Shown here piece after piece: positions 14,765-20,927 of a stretch of DNA of 20,927 nucleotides. Position numbers and translations under genes: made by a program. Under the pieces are notes generated by a model that saw only the letters and a program-made list of their open reading frames with translations, made no database searches and was not told the DNA's origin. The stretch covers positions 1 to 20,927 of the forward strand of contig DAOWGI010000062.1 in the NCBI GenBank assembly GCA_030637655.1. Direction: 5' to 3'. How positions within the stretch are numbered: position 1 is the first letter of the stretch; every line of letters starts with the position of its first letter. This DNA comes from a candidate division FCPU426 bacterium (GTDB lineage Bacteria > Oederibacteriota > JAAXVQ01 > JAUVAV01).

Positions 14765-15247
14765 ATGCGCATCATTAAACAATTCAGATGTATCGGAGCA
14801 GTTATTGTCTGCTGTGCTTTTTTAGTAAGTTGCGGCACGGCAGATATACGTTCAACTGTCGAGCAGCTTACCAACGCCAGGGTCGCAGTGGAGGCGGCGG
14901 AAAAAACAGAGGCTAAAACCTATGCGCCTGGTGAATTACGCCATGCTCAGGATGCTCTTGCTATTGCGAAGGACGCTTATGCCAATGAAGCCTTTGAACG
15001 TTCTTTTGATTTTGCTAAAAAAGCAACTATTTATGCTTTGGTGGCCAAGGCACGTACTGAGCAGAAGCAGGCTGAGCAAAAACTCGCGGATTTAAAAGGA
15101 CAACTCAAAAAAGTAAAAGCACAGACAAAAAGCTATATGCAGTCAACGCCTGTGAACGCGCCTGCTGAGCCAACCATGGGATCAACGCCGGAGGATAGTC
15201 CGCATCCCACGGCAATCCCAACCACGCCGGAGGTGACACAGCCATGA
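14765..15247 (+). CDS. DUF4398-like lipoprotein
   Basis: GGAGG at 14756-14760 favours the ATG at 14765. Lipobox LVSC, motif ARVAVEAAEKTEAKTYAPGELRHAQDALAIA, and a Pro/Thr-rich tail. Confidence 0.75.
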   Translation: MRIIKQFRCIGAVIVCCAFLVSCGTADIRSTVEQLTNARVAVEAAEKTEAKTYAPGELRHAQDALAIAKDAYANEAFERSFDFAKKATIYALVAKARTEQKQAEQKLADLKGQLKKVKAQTKSYMQSTPVNAPAEPTMGSTPEDSPHPTAIPTTPEVTQP

Positions 15248-16191
15248 GAAAATTGATCCGGTTTTCCAGTCCGGGGTTGGTGCTGCTTATTCTGGCTGGT
15301 TGTGCCACAGTACCGACTGTGGTACCGCAAGCTTTGATTGATGCCCGCTCTGCTTTGGGTGTGGCCAAAAAAATAAACGCGGATATTTTAGTGCCCAGTG
15401 AATACGCAGAAGCACGGAAACAATTGGATCGGGCGGAGGCCTCGTTTTCCGCCGAGCAGAGCATTGCCACAGTGGAAGAACAGGCTTTTGAAGCCAAAGC
15501 GTACGCTGAAATTGCCGAAGCCCATGTTAGAGTACGCATTGCCAAGCAGGAATACGAAACAGTGCAGCAAGCCTTAATCACTCAGCAGGGGATGCTGACA
15601 GCCTTGCTGCAGAAACAAAAATATTTGGACCAGATGCAAGCCCGGATTCAGCAAACCGAAGAAGAAAAAAGAGCCGCCGTGGCCGCGGCCGCGGCGGCCG
15701 CCGCGGAACAAGCCGGAAAATTGGCAGCCGAAAAGAAAAAGCGTGAAGCTGCTGAGCGTGAAGCTGAAATGCTCCGTAAGGCCCGGAAAATCCGGAATGC
15801 TCAGGTTAAAATGGAAGCCCGGGGACTGGTTATTAATTTATCCGGAAAAGTTTTATTTGATACTGGAAGTTCAAAACTGCAGCCTGGGGCAAAATCCGCG
15901 TTGGATCAGGTGGCAGAGGTTTTGCTGGAATACACAGACTATCGTGTGCGCATTGAAGGACATACGGATAGTACGGGTAATGCGCTTAGCAACAATATGC
16001 TTTCCCAAGCCAGGGCGGAAAGTGTTTTGAATTATCTGCGTCAAAAGGGAGTTACTTTTGACAACCTGACTGCAGTAGGGATTGGATCCACCCGGGCGGT
16101 GGCGACGAATAAGACGCCGGCCGGCCGCCAATTAAATCGCCGAGTGGAAATAATTCTCGAAAAGAAAACGGAGACACAAAAAAACCAGTGA
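15244..16191 (+). CDS. OmpA-family peptidoglycan-binding lipoprotein with N-terminal DUF4398/coiled coil
   Basis: Lipobox LAGC; RGLVINL..VLFDTGSSKL, IEGHTDSTG, NNMLSQARAESV and GRQLNRRVEI. ATGA overlap with the upstream gene. Confidence 0.92.
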   Translation: MRKLIRFSSPGLVLLILAGCATVPTVVPQALIDARSALGVAKKINADILVPSEYAEARKQLDRAEASFSAEQSIATVEEQAFEAKAYAEIAEAHVRVRIAKQEYETVQQALITQQGMLTALLQKQKYLDQMQARIQQTEEEKRAAVAAAAAAAAEQAGKLAAEKKKREAAEREAEMLRKARKIRNAQVKMEARGLVINLSGKVLFDTGSSKLQPGAKSALDQVAEVLLEYTDYRVRIEGHTDSTGNALSNNMLSQARAESVLNYLRQKGVTFDNLTAVGIGSTRAVATNKTPAGRQLNRRVEIILEKKTETQKNQ

Positions 16192-18476
16192 AATGCCCAC
16201 GTCTGAGCCGAATTATTATAAATAGTGTACTACTGGGAAGTGTTCTTTTTCCTCTTGTTTTATTAGGCGGTTGCGCGCCGCGGTATCTGGAAAAAACACC
16301 AAGTGCCATTTTACGCTATCCGTATATTCCTGTTGACCCTAAAGAATTGGAAGCGTATCAAAGTCAACTGGCTGTTGATCCATATCATTTGCAAGCGGCA
16401 AAAGCCCGGTTCTGGGTGGCGCAATATTCGTTTAACCGGGCGCAGTGGGATTCGGCCGAAAAACAATTTTTAAAAATAATAAAAAAACATTCCAATTCCG
16501 AATGGGCGCCGGTGGCCGGAATTATGGCCGCGCGTTGTCAGGTTAAACTGAATAAAAGCTTGGCGGCCTTGGCCGGATTGCAACGTGTTCAAGATCGATA
16601 TGGGTCACAAATCGTGAGCAGGCAGGCGGTTGAGGCCTTGGCGAAGAAGATTATTAATGATGAACTGACGTTGGCGGAGCTGGCACGGGTACGGGCAATC
16701 TATCCGGAAACAGCCTGGTCAAAACAAGCGTTGTTTGTGACAGGCAAGCGCAACTTGGATATGGGTAATCCGGATTTGGCTATAAAATTTTTCGGACAAT
16801 TTCTTTTACAGTATCCTCGTAGTATGTTTGCTCCCATGGCCAAAGAATTGATGGAAAAGGCTGTGCGCATTGTCCCGGTGAGTCGGCGGCGGATTGGCTG
16901 CTTGTTGCCATTGACCGGACCATACGCGCCGTATGGGAATGCCATTCATCAGGGTTTGGAATTGGCTTTGGAAACCATTAATCGCTATTGTGATGAAAAC
17001 GAACAACTCAGCTTGGCGGTTGTGGATACCTTGGGTACTATGACAGGCGCTTTGGCCGGTTTTCGACGATTGGCGGAAAAAGAGAAGGTAATGGTGGTGG
17101 TGGGTCCGGCCTTGTCCAATTCGGTCAAAGTCTTACTACCGGAATTGAATAAACACAAAGTCTGCCTGATTACGACTTCGGCTGCTGAGGCCGGGTTGCC
17201 GGAAGCGTCGCCTTATTTGTTCCGGTACATGTTGACCAACCAGGAGCAAGGGAAAGCCATGGCTGAGTACGTGGTACTCCGGAAAAATTACCGACGCATC
17301 GGTATTATCAATGGTGAGGCACCCTATGATCGCTCCCTGGCAGAAGCATTTGAGGAAAAAGCACAACAGTTGGGCGGAGAAATCACAGCGCATTTGGAAT
17401 ATCCCCGCGGTGCTACGGATTTTAAAACCCAGATGATGGCCTTGGGTGGTATAGATCCGGGAATTTTAAAAGATTTAAAAGTGCGTCAGAGAAAGGTTAT
17501 GGAGCGATTGGTTGAAATTATCGCGTATGAATCCCATAGTATCTTGGTCTTGCGACCGGAAAAAGAAGCCACTCCCGGCCCTGCTCCAACGCTGGTTCCG
17601 GACAAACGGGTTGCCATTATCCGTTTTACGGAAACCGGCAGTCAGACCCAGAAAGAAAAATTAGGTAAATTATTTACGGAAAAAATTTCCTATGCCTTGG
17701 CTCCACGTGGCGGCGTAAAAGTATTAACCCAAGCCAAGACCTTTCAAGCTATTCGGGAATTGGGATTGTCTACTTTGGCCATGAGTCAATCCGACCGGCA
17801 AAAGCTTGCTGATGCTTTGGATGTGCAATACTTGCTGGTTGGTCAAATACGACAGTTAGGAGAAGAACAGGTCAACCTGCCCGGAGAACCGCTGCCTATT
17901 CGCTATGAGATAAAAGTTGATTTGATGAATGCCCTGACCGGTAAAGTACTGAAAAAATTCAAAAAAGAGTGGGTGAAGAGTATTCCGCCGGAACAAAATG
18001 TCAAGGATATGGAAGCGATTTATCTTCCAGTACCTGCTCGGGATGCAATCCTAATTGCTTCACAATTGGCTTTTTATGATTTGAAAGTTGCCATTTTTGG
18101 TTGTGATGCCTGGTTGACACCGAAATTTATTCGTCAGGCCGGGCCCGAACTCAAGCAAGCGGTGTTGGCCACGGGTTTTTGGCCGGAGGACCCCTCGGTC
18201 CGGTGCAAAGAATTTATAACTCAATTTGAAAGGAAATTTAAAACCCACCCCTCGCTTTTAGCAGTGCAAGCGTATGATGCCTTGTATTTGATTGAGCAGG
18301 TATTGGCCGGTATTCAGAAGACCAATATCGGGCGCGCTGATTTTCAGAAACAGTTATTGAGAACCAACGGTTTCCGCGGTGTCACCGGAAAAACCGTGGT
18401 GGGCCCGAATGGTGAAATTAAGCGAGAGGCAGTATTTTTAAAAATGTACAATAAAAAATTACAACGGGTACAGTAG
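16188..18476 (+). CDS. LpoA/LppC-like lipoprotein: BamD-like TPRs plus type I periplasmic-binding domain with an inserted CsgG/LpoB-like domain
   Basis: Lipobox LGGC; TPRs ending HSNSEWA and QYPRSMFA; RIGCLLPLTGPYAPYG, VVVGPALS, DFKTQM, EAIYLP, AVQAYDA and FRGVTG. GTGA overlap with the upstream gene. Confidence 0.78.
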   Translation: MKCPRLSRIIINSVLLGSVLFPLVLLGGCAPRYLEKTPSAILRYPYIPVDPKELEAYQSQLAVDPYHLQAAKARFWVAQYSFNRAQWDSAEKQFLKIIKKHSNSEWAPVAGIMAARCQVKLNKSLAALAGLQRVQDRYGSQIVSRQAVEALAKKIINDELTLAELARVRAIYPETAWSKQALFVTGKRNLDMGNPDLAIKFFGQFLLQYPRSMFAPMAKELMEKAVRIVPVSRRRIGCLLPLTGPYAPYGNAIHQGLELALETINRYCDENEQLSLAVVDTLGTMTGALAGFRRLAEKEKVMVVVGPALSNSVKVLLPELNKHKVCLITTSAAEAGLPEASPYLFRYMLTNQEQGKAMAEYVVLRKNYRRIGIINGEAPYDRSLAEAFEEKAQQLGGEITAHLEYPRGATDFKTQMMALGGIDPGILKDLKVRQRKVMERLVEIIAYESHSILVLRPEKEATPGPAPTLVPDKRVAIIRFTETGSQTQKEKLGKLFTEKISYALAPRGGVKVLTQAKTFQAIRELGLSTLAMSQSDRQKLADALDVQYLLVGQIRQLGEEQVNLPGEPLPIRYEIKVDLMNALTGKVLKKFKKEWVKSIPPEQNVKDMEAIYLPVPARDAILIASQLAFYDLKVAIFGCDAWLTPKFIRQAGPELKQAVLATGFWPEDPSVRCKEFITQFERKFKTHPSLLAVQAYDALYLIEQVLAGIQKTNIGRADFQKQLLRTNGFRGVTGKTVVGPNGEIKREAVFLKMYNKKLQRVQ

Positions 18477-18479
18477 ACA

Positions 18480-19790
18480 ATGCGTGATAATTACTTGTTT
18501 CACGGTGTGAAGGGTATGCGGGATGTCTTTCCTGAGGAGAGTTGGAAAATCCGGCAGTTGGAAGAAAAAGCCCGTGCCCTGTTTGCCTGCTATGGATTTG
18601 GAGAGATACGCACACCACTGGTTGAGCATACCATTCTGTTTGAGCGCGGCGTGGGTCAAGGGACGGATATAGTAAATAAAGAGATGTTTTACGTGCCGGC
18701 CAAAGAGCAGGATGGAGAAGACGATAAACGCAATCGTCAGATGGTGCTGCGTCCCGAAGCCACGGCTTCAGTGGTGCGCGCATATGTGGAACATGAAATT
18801 GCCAAGGTGTCCCCAGGATGTCAGCGTTATTATTATATTGGATCCATGTTTCGTTATGAGCGTCCGCAACGTGGACGTTATCGTCAATTTGCCCAGATTG
18901 GTATTGAGGTTTTGGGCGCTACCCAGCCGAGTATGGATGCAGAGGTGATACTGCTTTTGCATGATTTGCTGGCACAGTATGGATTGACGTCCCTGACCTT
19001 TCAACTCAATGCTGTGGGTTGTCTGATTTGCCGGCCGCCCTATATCCGGAAATTGCAAGAATTTGCCAGGACACTGCAGACCAAACTCTGCCCGGATTGT
19101 CAGATACGAATTGAGAAGAATCCGCTGCGCTTGTTTGATTGCAAACAGCCGGAGTGCCGTAAGCTGATAAGCCAAGCTCCGGTCTTGCCGGATTTTCTCT
19201 GCTCGGATTGCCGGTCGCATCAAAAAGCGGTCTTTCAAGTGTTGGAGAAAAACAATATCCGCTTTGAGGTGGAGCCGCGTTTGATGCGGGGTTTGGACTA
19301 TTATACCCGAACAGTCTTTGAGGTGATCTCTAAGGATTTGGGAGCACAGAATGCCGTCGCAGCCGGCGGACGCTATGATAATTTGGTCGCTGACTTGGAT
19401 GGGCCGCAAACGCCGGCCATTGGCTGGTCCTTAGGTGTAGAACGGCTTATGGAACTGCTGTTGGATACGGTTTGGGAGCCAACCGGATTGGACGCGTTGG
19501 TGGTAGCTCCAGGCCCGGAATTTGAGACTACTTTTGTTCATGTGACAGATATGCGGAGACAGGGTCTGCGCATTGGAATGGAACATGAAGCCCGGAGTGT
19601 GAAAGCATTGTTAAAGCGTGCTGATCGTTTACATGCGCGTTTTGCCTTGTTTGTATCAGCCGCTGATCCGGAAAAATTAGAAGTGAAAAATATGCAGAGC
19701 GGAGAACAGGTTGCTTTGACCTGGGACCAATTGAAAACACATATTAGCACTTTCTCCCAGCAGAAGTGTATTGGTGCTGCCAAGCAATGA
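18480..19790 (+). CDS. hisS: Histidine--tRNA ligase
   Basis: GVKGMRD, LRPEATASVVRAY, MFRYERPQRGRYRQFAQIGIE, RGLDYYTRTVFE, AGGRYDNL and a C-terminal anticodon-binding domain. Confidence 0.98.
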   Translation: MRDNYLFHGVKGMRDVFPEESWKIRQLEEKARALFACYGFGEIRTPLVEHTILFERGVGQGTDIVNKEMFYVPAKEQDGEDDKRNRQMVLRPEATASVVRAYVEHEIAKVSPGCQRYYYIGSMFRYERPQRGRYRQFAQIGIEVLGATQPSMDAEVILLLHDLLAQYGLTSLTFQLNAVGCLICRPPYIRKLQEFARTLQTKLCPDCQIRIEKNPLRLFDCKQPECRKLISQAPVLPDFLCSDCRSHQKAVFQVLEKNNIRFEVEPRLMRGLDYYTRTVFEVISKDLGAQNAVAAGGRYDNLVADLDGPQTPAIGWSLGVERLMELLLDTVWEPTGLDALVVAPGPEFETTFVHVTDMRRQGLRIGMEHEARSVKALLKRADRLHARFALFVSAADPEKLEVKNMQSGEQVALTWDQLKTHISTFSQQKCIGAAKQ

Positions 19791-19817
19791 TTGGTTTTGC
19801 CGGTGTAGCAGAAACGG

Positions 19818-20552
19818 ATGGTACTGATAATGAATTTGGACTTTAATATTTTAAAATTATTCAGTCAAGGCAATGGGTTGCTTTTTTTGGGGGCGGTAAT
19901 ATTTATTTTGGGCTTGTTGATGTTTTTGCGGCAAATAATAAATATCCTTAACTTTTATGCCAAACGCAGCCAACCTTTAGCGCGGCGTATGCGCTTGGAT
20001 TTGGATCAGCGTATTTTATTTATGCTGATTTCAGTTATTTTGGCGCTGCTGGGGACCTCATTGCTCTTGGGCGGGATTACCATGAGGACGTATGTTTCTT
20101 TCACGCGCGCGGATCAAGTAGGCAGCGTGGAATGTCTTTCCTGGAATGCCGAAGAAAAATTCATGGTGGTCAGCATGGCAACTATTGAGCAGGGAAAAAT
20201 AAAGACCAAACAAACATTTAGTCTGTACGGGGATCAATGGGAGATCAGTGCGCATATTCTAAAATGGGACCCCAAAGTAAATCTGCTCGGACTACATACC
20301 GGTTATCGCTTAAACCAGATTAAAGGTATTTATTTGGATGCGGAAGATGAAACGAAGAGATTGCACCGGGCCTATGCCATAACACCGGGCAAAGATTGGT
20401 TGTGGTGGGCGCTTTCGCGGTTTGATGCGCAGCTGCCCATGGTAGAGGCAGTATACGGCAACGCAGTTTCCCAAATCGCCAAGCCTGGTGATCGGTTTGA
20501 TATTTTTGTGACCACTTCCGGATTGTCCGCGCGCCGCTACAAATCAAAATAA
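19818..20552 (+). CDS. Hypothetical membrane protein (two N-terminal TM helices plus a soluble domain)
   Basis: 244-aa ORF with two hydrophobic helices and conserved-looking motifs LYGDQWEISAHILKW, GYRL and AVYGNA. The start could be 19818 or 19830. Confidence 0.8.
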   Translation: MVLIMNLDFNILKLFSQGNGLLFLGAVIFILGLLMFLRQIINILNFYAKRSQPLARRMRLDLDQRILFMLISVILALLGTSLLLGGITMRTYVSFTRADQVGSVECLSWNAEEKFMVVSMATIEQGKIKTKQTFSLYGDQWEISAHILKWDPKVNLLGLHTGYRLNQIKGIYLDAEDETKRLHRAYAITPGKDWLWWALSRFDAQLPMVEAVYGNAVSQIAKPGDRFDIFVTTSGLSARRYKSK

Positions 20553-20569
20553 AACCCAACATTTTATCC

Positions 20570-20719
20570 GTAGGGGCGATTCCGTGTAATCGCCCCTACA
20601 CAAACGTACGCATAAAATATCGTAGGGGCACCCCTTGCGGGTGCCCTGGAATAAGGCGACCGGGCGGGTCAGGGTGATGGCACGGCACAGGACAGGGCGA
20701 CCGTAAAGGTCGCCCCTAC
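20570..20719. repeat. REP cluster upstream of the RAYT gene (one single REP plus one doublet)
   Basis: gtaggggcgattccgtgtaatcgcccctac (20570-20599), gtaggggcaccccttgcgggtgccc (20622-20646) and gggcgaccgtaaaggtcgcccctac (20695-20719). Confidence 0.9.
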
Positions 20720-20730
20720 GGGAAACAATT

Positions 20731-20927
20731 ATGACAAACACAAATAACCACCACCGTCGGCCCATCCGCATTCCGGAATACGATTATACCCAGCCCGGCG
20801 CGTATTTCGTAACGATATGCACCTGGCAGCGGGAATGTATATTCGGCGAGGTGGTGGATGAAAAAATGCGGTTGAATGGTTATGGAGAGATTGTGGAAAC
20901 ATGTTGGAATGAATTGAAGGGGCATTA
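20731..20927 (+). CDS. REP-associated tyrosine transposase (RAYT, IS200/IS605 Y1 family), 3'-truncated; missing from the ORF track
   Basis: MTNTNNHHRRPIRIPEYDYTQPGAYFVTICTWQRECIFGEVVDEKMRLNGYGEIVETCWNELKGH matches the RAYT N-terminus (RRsIRL..YDYs..GaYFvTIct..R..lFG). It begins 11 bp after a REP. Confidence 0.92.
   Translation, partial: MTNTNNHHRRPIRIPEYDYTQPGAYFVTICTWQRECIFGEVVDEKMRLNGYGEIVETCWNELKGH

Noticed and set aside
15673-15705. GC-rich quasi-palindromic run in the OmpA gene
   Set aside because: Explained by a poly-Ala coiled-coil linker (GCC/GCG codons).
19015-19215. Multiple CxxC-like motifs in HisRS as a novel metal-binding insertion
   Set aside because: A Cys-rich insertion domain is common in many bacterial HisRS proteins.
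18768-19409. 213-aa minus-strand ORF and other short ORFs nested in long genes
   Set aside because: Antisense or out-of-frame shadows of hisS and other well-supported CDSs, with no recognisable motifs.

Overview
Bacterial chromosomal window with all supported genes on the + strand. Positions 1-13446 are the 5'-truncated part of one giant ORF (at least 4481 aa). It has a GC-richer N-terminal EEGA...GGFH domain and several membrane bundles. Between the bundles are AT-rich soluble modules: three copies of an unknown helical module, a near-identical duplicated signal-peptide-like segment, two FHA-associated modules, a J-domain lacking HPD and a Ser/Thr kinase lacking its catalytic residues. The protein ends in ...LLMGAAA. 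Next is an intergenic region holding three unrelated palindromic repeat families, then a small acidic lipoprotein gene with a near-consensus sigma70 promoter and a terminator. A relic of a REP-associated tyrosine transposase (RAYT) follows, then an envelope operon: DUF4398-like lipoprotein, DUF4398-OmpA lipoprotein, TPR/LpoA-like lipoprotein with a CsgG/LpoB-like insertion, hisS and a membrane protein. The window ends with a REP cluster and the start of a RAYT gene. Nine GTAG-type REPs are scattered through the window, one in-frame inside the giant gene. The most novel-looking system is the giant, apparently cassette-shuffled membrane protein carrying inactivated signalling domains. All domain calls are by-eye motif recognition, not database results.
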